Part shown: positions 27,334 to 35,159 of the stretch, in pieces | Layout of the letters: every line of letters begins with the position of its first letter | Numbering within the stretch: position 1 is the stretch's first letter | Made by a program: the position numbers and the translations under genes | Origin: Candidatus Woesearchaeota archaeon | Lineage (GTDB): Archaea; Nanobdellota; Nanobdellia; Woesearchaeales; SM23-78 | Direction: 5' to 3' | Assembly: GCA_016932315.1 (NCBI GenBank) | Contig: JAFGDD010000018.1 | Span: forward strand, 115,969-179,968 | DNA length: 64,000 nt | The notes under the pieces: model-generated | The model's database searches: none | The model's input: the letters and a program-made list of their open reading frames with translations, nothing else | Told to the model about the DNA's origin: nothing

Positions 27334-27353
27334 TACGATTTATAAAAATCGTA
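27334..27353. promoter_or_regulatory. Perfect 8-4-8 inverted repeat in the nikR divergent intergenic region (candidate operator)
   Basis: TACGATTT-ATAA-AAATCGTA lies between nikR (minus strand) and the plus-strand membrane-protein genes. AT-rich TATA-like boxes sit next to it (agtataaaag, gtttatatac). Confidence 0.45.
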
Positions 27354-27430
27354 GCAAAGTTTATATACTGTTGGTGCGCTTAGCATCATGACAGCAAATT
27401 TGTGAAGATTAAAAAAGAGGGTGAGGCAAA

Positions 27431-27769
27431 ATGGCATGTTTTTTAGCACCAGCATCTGTTGCCATAATAACGACAGTTTTTAGAAAGAAATTCTCTAAGG
27501 CATGGCATATTAATTGGTTGAATACCATGATATGGGGCGGAACAATAGGATTGGCGGTTGAACACATAGCTCATCAGGAAATAGTGCCGTGGTTTCCATT
27601 CTTATCAGCGATGAGCAACCATGCTGACACCATGGTCATGCTTAAAGAGATAGCATCAGTGGGCATACCAATGACTTTGGCTTTGGTTTTTGTGTGGGCA
27701 GTAATGGTGGTTGTCTACGAAAAAGCCATAACATCTAGCAGATCACCTATAAAAAACGCATTGCAGTAA
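27431..27769 (+). CDS. Small membrane protein (His-containing loop EHIAHQE)
   Basis: 112 aa with ~3 hydrophobic segments. A good SD-like sequence, gagggtgagg, lies upstream. Confidence 0.55.
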   Translation: MACFLAPASVAIITTVFRKKFSKAWHINWLNTMIWGGTIGLAVEHIAHQEIVPWFPFLSAMSNHADTMVMLKEIASVGIPMTLALVFVWAVMVVVYEKAITSSRSPIKNALQ

Positions 27770-27785
27770 AATAAGGAAAAGAGGT

Positions 27786-28112
27786 GTGAAAATGTGGATG
27801 ATTATAACACTAATTGCGGCTATTGCCACTTCAACTATTTATTTCTTATTTAAAGATTATAGGAGGAAGCTCAAATTAGGCTTGCTGGCCTTGATGATGC
27901 TTGGAACTTTTTTAATGGTTCTTGTGGACCATGTTATTGCATTAATCGAAGGCGAGCCATTAATAGAACTGACGACTGATGGTCTGATAAGTAATGGAGC
28001 CCTGCTTGGAATCTCTATGGTACTGCCTATCTTCCTGATTTGGGCAATTGCTGTTCTGATTTATTGTAGAAAAGAAAAAAGTCACATTCAGAAAATAAGC
28101 AATACTAGCTAA
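27786..28112 (+). CDS. Small membrane protein
   Basis: 108 aa with 3 hydrophobic segments. The likely ATG is at 27792 (MWMIITL). Confidence 0.55.
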   Translation: MKMWMIITLIAAIATSTIYFLFKDYRRKLKLGLLALMMLGTFLMVLVDHVIALIEGEPLIELTTDGLISNGALLGISMVLPIFLIWAIAVLIYCRKEKSHIQKISNTS

Positions 28113-28158
28113 AGCAGTCTAATAGCAACTCCTGAATTTTTTTGGTTGGTGATAACTT

Positions 28159-28440
28159 ATGAACTATGAAAGTCTGATAAAACCGCCGATGAGCCAGACC
28201 CTGAAATCAGGCAGGGTAGTTCTTCAGCCAGGCGAAGAAATTGGAGAGCACACGACCAGCAGCAAGGAAGAGCTTATTATCGTTCTGAACGGAGAATTGC
28301 TCCTTAGGAAAGGACGTGAAGAAATTGTTTTGAAGAAAGGAAACTCCCATTACATTCCTCCGGAAGTAATTCATAACGTCATTAATAAATCTGGCGCGGA
28401 GTCAGAATACATCTATGTAGTATGCCTCTTAAAGGATTAA
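28159..28440 (+). CDS. Cupin-domain small protein
   Basis: 93 aa. GEEIGEHTTSSKEELIIVLNGEL...GNSHYIPPEVIHNVIN fits the two-motif cupin pattern. Confidence 0.6.
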   Translation: MNYESLIKPPMSQTLKSGRVVLQPGEEIGEHTTSSKEELIIVLNGELLLRKGREEIVLKKGNSHYIPPEVIHNVINKSGAESEYIYVVCLLKD

Positions 28441-28491
28441 AATAATGGACTAATAGAAAAATATTGGTCGACATTAATGGCCAACTTGCTA

Positions 28492-28836
28492 TTATCCTTT
28501 TATCTCCTTTATTATTACCTTGTCGCCTTGCAGAATCTTTACATTGGTAGATTGGCACTTAGGGCAGATTATGAGCGGAGACGGCTCAATTTTGCTTTTC
28601 TTCTTGCAGTCATTGCACAGAATCTTTCCCGGTATCTCAATAATCTCAAGCTTAGCATTCTTTAACAAGCCAATCTCTTTCTTGTGAGCCTCGAAATACA
28701 TCATTATAGGCTCTTTCTTGTAAGTCGTCAGCATTCCCAGTTCCACAACAATCTTCTTTGGGTTGGTTATGTTCTCGTCTTCACAGGCGTGCAATATCTG
28801 ATGCACAACCTCGTCAGTTATTCCATGCTCATGCAT
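28492..28836 (-). CDS. hypA: Hydrogenase nickel-insertion protein HypA
   Basis: 114 aa. It has the MHE N-terminus and a CxxC-x12-CxxC zinc site (CNDCKKK...CPKCQS). Confidence 0.85.
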   Translation of the reverse strand: MHEHGITDEVVHQILHACEDENITNPKKIVVELGMLTTYKKEPIMMYFEAHKKEIGLLKNAKLEIIEIPGKILCNDCKKKSKIEPSPLIICPKCQSTNVKILQGDKVIIKEIKG

Positions 28837-28863
28837 TATTTGTCACCTCGATTTCTTATTCGG

Positions 28864-29005
28864 AAAAAGTTGCCGCAGCCCGCAGCTGCACCGCCGACAT
28901 TTATGTCAAGGTGCTGGCTGCTGTGGGTGGGGTCGCGCCCTCGGGCTGTTGCTAGAGCACTAGCAACTCCAAAAGTTTACTTTTGGCTCCCACTGGCAAC
29001 TTTTT
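28864..29005 (-). repeat. Structured palindromic repeat, copy 4 (with extra nested hairpins)
   Basis: It fills almost the whole hypE-hypA spacer. Ends: aaaaagTTGCC ... GGCAActtttt. H2 outer stem: GCAGCC..GGCTGC. Core: AGCCCGAGGGCGCGACCCC. Confidence 0.75.
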
Positions 29006-30009
29006 CAGCATATCCTCGGCACTATCCTGCCTGTTGGCATCGCCAGGATTCTCTTGCCCAGCATTGTCTGGAGGACTACGTGATTATCCTTTGCATCATC
29101 AACTATCTCTCCAATAATAGAAGCGTCTGGGTTGAATTCTTTCAATAGCTTAACGACTTTTGAAGCACTGTTTTTGTCAGCAACGCATATCATCCTGCCC
29201 TCGCAGGCGAGTTCATAGAGATTAATGCCCAACATCTCAACAACTTTTCTTACTTCCTGCTTTGCAGGGATTTCTTCTTCTGAAACCAGCATCCCTACTT
29301 TGTTCTTTGAGCATATTTCGTTAAGTATTGATGCAATCCCTCCTCTGGTCGGGTCCTTAGCTATCTTTATCAGGCGCTTGACAGCATCCATCTCTTTGAT
29401 TAAAGGCTTGGAATCAGTTATTATCTTTGTTTCATATTCAAATCTTTTTGATAGCAGCGCAACGGCATGCTCGCCAATCCCGCCGGAAATTATTACCTTG
29501 TCGCCAGGAATTATTTTTTTCGTCAACAAATCCTTCTCATCAACGATTCCTAATCCTGACGTGTTGATTATTATCTTGTCCAGCTTTCCATTTTCCATGA
29601 CCTTGGTGTCGCCGGTAACCACAGAAACATCATATTCTTCTGACAGCTTCTTTATAGAAGTGATTATTTTGTCAAGGTCTTCTTTTGAAAACCCTTCTTC
29701 AATCACAAATCCGAGGGAAATGCCCAATGGTTTGGCACCCATGACTACTAAATCGTTTATTGTGCCTGAGAATGCAAGATGCCCTATGTCTCCGCCGGGG
29801 AAGAATATGGGGTTAACAATGAAAGAGTCGGTTGTGAAAACCAGCTTGCCGGGTTTGCCCTTGCCCTTAACCGCGTCCAAATCCAGGACTGCAGAGTCAT
29901 TGTCGCATTCCTTCCAGTTTCCTCTCTTGCAGAACCCAAAGCTCTTTATCAATTCCTGCATTTCCTTCCCGCCAGAGCCTTCTGCCAGTGTTATGAAATC
30001 CTTTTGCAT
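29005..30009 (-). CDS. hypE: Hydrogenase maturation protein HypE
   Basis: The C-terminus is ...PRIC and the body is AIR-synthase-like. The track start at 30150 reads through repeat copy 5. The ATG at 30009 (MQKDFITLAEGSGGKEM) gives the expected ~334 aa. Confidence 0.9.
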   Translation of the reverse strand: MQKDFITLAEGSGGKEMQELIKSFGFCKRGNWKECDNDSAVLDLDAVKGKGKPGKLVFTTDSFIVNPIFFPGGDIGHLAFSGTINDLVVMGAKPLGISLGFVIEEGFSKEDLDKIITSIKKLSEEYDVSVVTGDTKVMENGKLDKIIINTSGLGIVDEKDLLTKKIIPGDKVIISGGIGEHAVALLSKRFEYETKIITDSKPLIKEMDAVKRLIKIAKDPTRGGIASILNEICSKNKVGMLVSEEEIPAKQEVRKVVEMLGINLYELACEGRMICVADKNSASKVVKLLKEFNPDASIIGEIVDDAKDNHVVLQTMLGKRILAMPTGRIVPRIC

Positions 30010-30039
30010 TTTAATCACGAATTTTTTTTGAGCACCTTC

Positions 30040-30163
30040 GAAATGCTTGATTGTTTTAATCGAGGATGCTGCCTCCAATAAAACTTGTTTTATTGGATCA
30101 GCAAGCTTTGCTTGCTTGCTCCCCGGATGGGGCGTCCCCCGGCAACGCATTTGCTTATTTTTT
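30040..30163. repeat. Structured palindromic repeat, copy 5 (rearranged or degenerate)
   Basis: Closing arms are aaatgc..gcattt. The core hairpin TTGC-TCCCCGGATGGGGCGTCCCCCG-GCAA lies at 30116-30145, next to a T-tract. An extra hairpin, ccaataaaacttgttttattgg, is present. The core orientation relative to the flanks differs from the other copies. Confidence 0.45.
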
Positions 30164-30214
30164 CTAAGGCATTTCGACCTTAGGGTGCTCTTTTTTTTAT
30201 ATTACAATTATTTT

Positions 30215-31255
30215 TTATCTCCCGTACTTGTAGCTTATTGAGCAGCTTCCTTCCTCTGAAACCATGCATGCGCCTTTTGGATTTTCTGGAGTGCAGGCTT
30301 TCCTGTAGAGCGGGCATTCTGTCGGCTCAATCAGTCCTTTGAGCACTTCTCCGCACCTGCAGGCTGTTTTCTTTGGCTCAGGAACCTTGCTTAATATATT
30401 CTTGTATTTAATCTTGGCGTTTAAATCATCTTTTCTTACTTCAAGCCCAGAGTTGGGTATTACTCCGAGCCCTCTCCACTCGCTGTCGCTAATCTTGAAG
30501 TGATTGTTAAGCAATTTCTGCGCAATAATATTGCCTTCATAATGCACAGCTTCAGGGTAAGCATTAACAACGCTTTTCTTGTCGTCCTTGATGAGCTCGA
30601 GCAATGCCCTTATCCCGCGAAGGATTCTTTCTGCGCTAAAGCCGGTTATGGCTTGGGCTACTTTGATGTCAGCATAAGCTTTTTCTCCTATAATCGTGGA
30701 TACGTGACCTGGATTGATGAAGCCGTCAATCTTTATTTCTCCTCCTAGCATTGCTTTAATAGCAGGCACTACTAGTTTGTGGACTGAATAAACGCAGATG
30801 TTGTTCTCCAGCAGGAAAGTAGTCATTGGTGCTGTTGTTTCAAAGCCTATGCCGAAAAAAACAATGTGAGGATAATCTTTTCTCAGTTTTAATACTTCTT
30901 CTGCAGAATAAACCTCGAAGACCTTGCAGCCCTTGGCTCTTGCATCCTCTAATGAGTAATTGCTTCCAGGCACCCTCATCATGTCGCCGTACGTAGCTAC
31001 AGGCACTCCTTGCATCGCCAATTCTATCATGCAGTCAATGTCTTTTTGCGAGCTCACGCACACAGGGCAGCCAGGACCTGATATCAGCCTGATGTTCTTC
31101 GGCAGTATCTCCCTGATGCCATACTTCATTATTATGTTAGTATGCCCGCCGCATATTTCCATCAGTGTGGCTTCTCGCTTGATGCTTCGAGCTATTTTGT
31201 TAATATCATTCAGGTGTTGCTTTGTCAGCTCTTCATCATTCATTTTCTTAATCAT
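30215..31255 (-). CDS. hypD: Hydrogenase maturation protein HypD
   Basis: 346 aa with CGGHT, GPGCPVCV and a C-terminal Cys cluster (CRCGEVLKG..CPLYRKACTPENPKGACMVSEEGSC). Confidence 0.9.
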   Translation of the reverse strand: MIKKMNDEELTKQHLNDINKIARSIKREATLMEICGGHTNIIMKYGIREILPKNIRLISGPGCPVCVSSQKDIDCMIELAMQGVPVATYGDMMRVPGSNYSLEDARAKGCKVFEVYSAEEVLKLRKDYPHIVFFGIGFETTAPMTTFLLENNICVYSVHKLVVPAIKAMLGGEIKIDGFINPGHVSTIIGEKAYADIKVAQAITGFSAERILRGIRALLELIKDDKKSVVNAYPEAVHYEGNIIAQKLLNNHFKISDSEWRGLGVIPNSGLEVRKDDLNAKIKYKNILSKVPEPKKTACRCGEVLKGLIEPTECPLYRKACTPENPKGACMVSEEGSCSISYKYGR

Positions 31256-31310
31256 CCATCCTATAATTTATTTATTCATCATTTATTTATCCATACATCA
31301 TTTTTCTTCA

Positions 31311-31541
31311 TCATTCACTTGATTGTATTCTCTTAATCTCATTCCTGATTATTTCCAGGTTTTCTTCTGCAGCCTTCTTGTCAAGCTTCTCGATTGCAAA
31401 GCCAGTATGAATCAGAACAAAGTCCCCCTTCTTAGGATTATCAACTAATGAAACATTCACTTTTTTGAGGACCCCGCCATAATCCACTTCTGCAGAGTCG
31501 CCTTCAATGCTTATTATTCTGGCAGGTATTGCATAGCACAT
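31311..31541 (-). CDS. hypC: Hydrogenase maturation chaperone HypC
   Basis: 76 aa, starting MCYAIPARII (the essential Cys2). Confidence 0.85.
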   Translation of the reverse strand: MCYAIPARIISIEGDSAEVDYGGVLKKVNVSLVDNPKKGDFVLIHTGFAIEKLDKKAAEENLEIIRNEIKRIQSSE

Positions 31542-31644
31542 CTTTTCTTCCTGTTATCCTTCCCTTCTGTTAGGCTACTTTTATTATTCTCTCATTATTC
31601 TTTTGTAATTCTTTTTTTGTTATTCTTTTGTAATTCTATTTTTA

Positions 31645-34600
31645 TTATTGCTTTTTTTCTTTTGCTAAAAACAATATTTTTTCCAGAACTTTTCTCTTGA
31701 TTTCAGGAAGCATCTTCTCAAGCCCAGCCACGCTCATGTTAAGCTTTCTCATGTCATTGATGATGATCTCAGAGTCTACTATACAGGATAGCACTTCTGA
31801 TTCTTCCACCTCTGATATTATTAAAAACATCTCTGACTGTTGTGAATAGTTATTTGCTGTCGAGTTCTGGCTGTACTTTGTTTTGCCAGAGAAAAGAAGT
31901 GTTAAAGAGTGCGTGCTGTATCCCATGTATAGCGGGGCATTGAATGTTACCTCAAATGCAGATGACTCGTTTGGCTCGAGGCTTAGTATCATTTCAGGTT
32001 GTACGCTATAGCGACTTACAGGAAACCCGATGATGCTTAAGCTCAGATTAGCGATTATTATACTGTTGTTGTTGGTAATGTTTATGATAATCGTTTTATT
32101 GCTTCCGCGGAGAATCTCAGTCCTGTTGGTGAAAATAAATGATAATGAATACTCTTTAGGCAGCAGCATTCCGCCTCCGCTACCTCCTCTTCCTCCTCCG
32201 CCACCTCCTCCGCCAGAGCTTGGTTGGGTCTCTTCCTCTTCTTCTTCCTCCTCTCCAGTGTCAAGTTCGCTTACAGTCACTGTTTTTGTGATAGTCTTTT
32301 GCATGGCTTCACCATCTGATTTGAAGTAGTTCACGGTTATTGTAACATTAAGCTCTCCTGTCGTCGCATTAAGAGGAACAGATGCGCTCAGCCCGTAGCT
32401 TTCTGTCTGGAAGCTTGTCTGGTAGGGAGTAATATTTCCGACGTATTTGCTTAAGTTGCTGCTTGTTGTCCAATCCTCTGGCATGGACCAGTTAATGGTG
32501 GCATTAACGGCGGTTTCATTCCCGATGTTCTTAATAGTAGTGTTCAGCAATACTGACCTGTCACCCTGAGTCACTGAAGGATCATAAGTTACCTCATAGA
32601 ATGTGATGAATGGCCCCCCTTCACCTACTGCTATTGAGCCATTAATGGTGGCGTTGTTTGTTTCGCATTCACCTGTCAGGCATTCGATGAATAATGAGAA
32701 TGCATAAGGTGTCGGGTTTTGTTCCGGGGCGCTTGTAGATATGTTAATGATGGCGTTTTCCTTGCTGTTGATTGTCAGGCTGGTCTGGTTTATCCCTACT
32801 GTGGGGATTCCTGAAACTTTGGAGATGCTGAATTGCAGGGCATAGTCACCTGTGTTGTTGATGGTTATGTTGCCGATATTCACTGTGCTTCCTTCTGTTG
32901 TGAACACCTCATCAAATTGAGTGGGAGAGGACTCCCAAGTTCGGTCATAATAAACAGAAGTGTTGGTTTCAGCAGATGCATTCGAGTTATTGTATACGTC
33001 AATGCTATATATGCGGTATGTCCATACGCCCTCAGATGTTGGCGTGAAGCTTCCATTGTACATTGATGATGCGTTGGCCATGCTTGCGTTGAGCCACTCA
33101 GATAAGCTGGTGAGCCTGTACTGCAGGATGCTGCTGGTTATTGCTGAGTAATCTGTTATGTTGGTGCTTACATTAATTGTCACATTAGGGTCAAGATCTC
33201 CTGAAATATTAGGGGTCTGCATGGTATTGTTGATTAATGGAGGAGTCGTATCCTGCACTGTGAAGTTAAAATAGGATGTGAAGTTAAAGTTTCCTGCGCT
33301 GTCATTGAACAAAAACCTGTAAACATAAGTTCCGACGCCTGATACGCTCCATCGGTACTGATATGTTCCGCTGCCCAAGCTGTCAGTTGATTGGTTGGTG
33401 TAATTGGCTTCGATGGTCACTGTGCCGATGGAGCTGGTTGCATCATTCAAATATATGCTTACAAACTGGTAGCTTGTGCTGAGCTCAAAAGGGTCAGAGG
33501 TTTCTGTTGGAGTGCTCCAGTTCGGCGGAGTGGTGTCTACTGCAAAACTTGAGACGGTACATTCTGTTACCCCTATGGAATCTATTTCGCATAAGTCAAT
33601 TGAATTAGTCCCTTCAGATGCATTTATTGTGATATTATATTTGTACCTGTCATGAACAACGAATAGCATGTCCATGCTTGTATTGGAGAGCAATTCTCCT
33701 GAAGAATAATTGTTGAGATTAGCTTCCCATTGATAATAGTTGGTGCTGTCTCCAGATGCATTTAGGAACAGCCAGTATTTGGTCCCATTTGTGAATGTGA
33801 CTGTGGTGTTGAATGTTATGTTAACCCAGTAAAATTCATCCTGGCTTACCATTGATGAGTTGAGGGTGGTATTAAGAAGTATGGTATCTGATGGTGCTCC
33901 AGAACTGTCAGTTCTTACCTGAACGTATGTCAAGTATGAGTTCGCGCTGCTTTTTTTCAGCTTGAGCTTGATAAGGTTTACAGTGAGATTTTCAGCAGGC
34001 GTGAATGACTGTGAAATATTGGTAAGGTTGTTGGTGGTGTACATTTCAGTGCTTTCGCTCTTGTTATTCTGCGCTGAGACTCCATAGAAGAGATGAGTTG
34101 CTTCGCCTGAGTTCAGTGAGAAGTAAACATCCTGGTATGGCGTGTTGTTATCATTCACACGAAAAGCAAGAGCTATGTCAGAATGATTGTATGTTTGTGA
34201 CAGCACAGGAGAAGTTATGTTTATCCCGTAATTATTGACAATGAAGAAGTGAGTGTAATTATACCCTGTGTTGTTGATGGTGTCATTTGATGTTATGCTG
34301 ACATTGTACCTTGTGGTATTGGTGAGGCCGCTGATATTGCCCACGTACAAGTCTCCGCTTGAATGATTGAGCTGGATGGATGTTGCCCCGCCTGCCCAGG
34401 TGACGTTGACTATGATCTTATCAATCCCTGTTGCATCACTGGCTGTTACATTGATAGGTATCACTACGCCTGCGCTATATTCAAAGCTCTGGCCTGCGCT
34501 TGGAGAGATTGCTGTGACGCTTGGTGCTGAAAGGTCTGGCCTTGCCATGACGTAGAAAACTATATCATCAGTATCAGAATCAGAGCTGTCTTGGCCGCAG

Positions 34601-35115
34601 GTCATGCTGCTGGTCCCAGGATAGGCAATGATAAACCTTAATGCGTGCCCTCCTTCGTTGTCATCCAGCGTATAGTTGTAATAGACATCATAATAATTGT
34701 ATACCGGGCATGTGCCTGAGTAAATATTCTCCCAGACAGTATCATTCCCATTAGAATAATTGGAGTATGCAATCGCGTAAATGTCGCCTGGATAACAATA
34801 GAATTGGCTGTATATGTTAATGGTGTCCCCTCCCTTGAAGTTGGTGCCGTTGAGATCGGTGACGATCATTTTCTCGACCCATTCGTACCAGTCATAATCG
34901 CTCTGCCCGATCCCATCTTCGCACTCATCAAGAGTATTATAGCCGGGGGGATATTCCCAGCTGCCCTGGCAGTTAGGGTCGCACGCGCAAATATAGTTAG
35001 GTGTTGCGCAGGTGCTTCCTGCATCAGCTGATAATAGCCCAGGGGCTAGCAAAAGCAGAGTGAGCAAGGCCATGCAGATAATCCAAAAATTATTTTTTCT
35101 TCTCAAGTTAATCAA
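31645..35115 (-). CDS. Large secreted surface protein (Cys-rich N-domain, Ig-like/CARDB-like beta-sandwich repeats, E/G linker)
   Basis: 1156 aa. Signal peptide FWIICMALLTLLLLAPGLLSADA. N-x-S/T sequons are dense. The linker is EEEEEEETQPSSGGGGGGGGRGGSGGG. No C-terminal TM segment. Confidence 0.75.
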   Translation of the reverse strand: MINLRRKNNFWIICMALLTLLLLAPGLLSADAGSTCATPNYICACDPNCQGSWEYPPGYNTLDECEDGIGQSDYDWYEWVEKMIVTDLNGTNFKGGDTINIYSQFYCYPGDIYAIAYSNYSNGNDTVWENIYSGTCPVYNYYDVYYNYTLDDNEGGHALRFIIAYPGTSSMTCGQDSSDSDTDDIVFYVMARPDLSAPSVTAISPSAGQSFEYSAGVVIPINVTASDATGIDKIIVNVTWAGGATSIQLNHSSGDLYVGNISGLTNTTRYNVSITSNDTINNTGYNYTHFFIVNNYGINITSPVLSQTYNHSDIALAFRVNDNNTPYQDVYFSLNSGEATHLFYGVSAQNNKSESTEMYTTNNLTNISQSFTPAENLTVNLIKLKLKKSSANSYLTYVQVRTDSSGAPSDTILLNTTLNSSMVSQDEFYWVNITFNTTVTFTNGTKYWLFLNASGDSTNYYQWEANLNNYSSGELLSNTSMDMLFVVHDRYKYNITINASEGTNSIDLCEIDSIGVTECTVSSFAVDTTPPNWSTPTETSDPFELSTSYQFVSIYLNDATSSIGTVTIEANYTNQSTDSLGSGTYQYRWSVSGVGTYVYRFLFNDSAGNFNFTSYFNFTVQDTTPPLINNTMQTPNISGDLDPNVTINVSTNITDYSAITSSILQYRLTSLSEWLNASMANASSMYNGSFTPTSEGVWTYRIYSIDVYNNSNASAETNTSVYYDRTWESSPTQFDEVFTTEGSTVNIGNITINNTGDYALQFSISKVSGIPTVGINQTSLTINSKENAIINISTSAPEQNPTPYAFSLFIECLTGECETNNATINGSIAVGEGGPFITFYEVTYDPSVTQGDRSVLLNTTIKNIGNETAVNATINWSMPEDWTTSSNLSKYVGNITPYQTSFQTESYGLSASVPLNATTGELNVTITVNYFKSDGEAMQKTITKTVTVSELDTGEEEEEEEETQPSSGGGGGGGGRGGSGGGMLLPKEYSLSFIFTNRTEILRGSNKTIIINITNNNSIIIANLSLSIIGFPVSRYSVQPEMILSLEPNESSAFEVTFNAPLYMGYSTHSLTLLFSGKTKYSQNSTANNYSQQSEMFLIISEVEESEVLSCIVDSEIIINDMRKLNMSVAGLEKMLPEIKRKVLEKILFLAKEKKQ

Positions 35116-35159
35116 TGGCTCTCCTCTTTTTTTTGGCTGGGTGTCAGATCTTTGTGCGC

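Noticed and set aside
29225-30031. 268-aa plus-strand ORF
   Set aside because: It is antisense to the well-supported hypE, and its product is Ser/Pro/Ile-rich with no motifs. The same applies to 62147-63106 (antisense to cdc48), 16671-17369, 17985-18473, 21309-21799, 20261-20755, 24651-25160, 52046-52525 and 58531-58941.
30119-30142. The G/C-run core of the repeats as a G-quadruplex
   Set aside because: Each strand of the core has at most two to three short G-runs, and these are complementary to adjacent C-runs. Hairpin formation explains them better than a four-run quadruplex.
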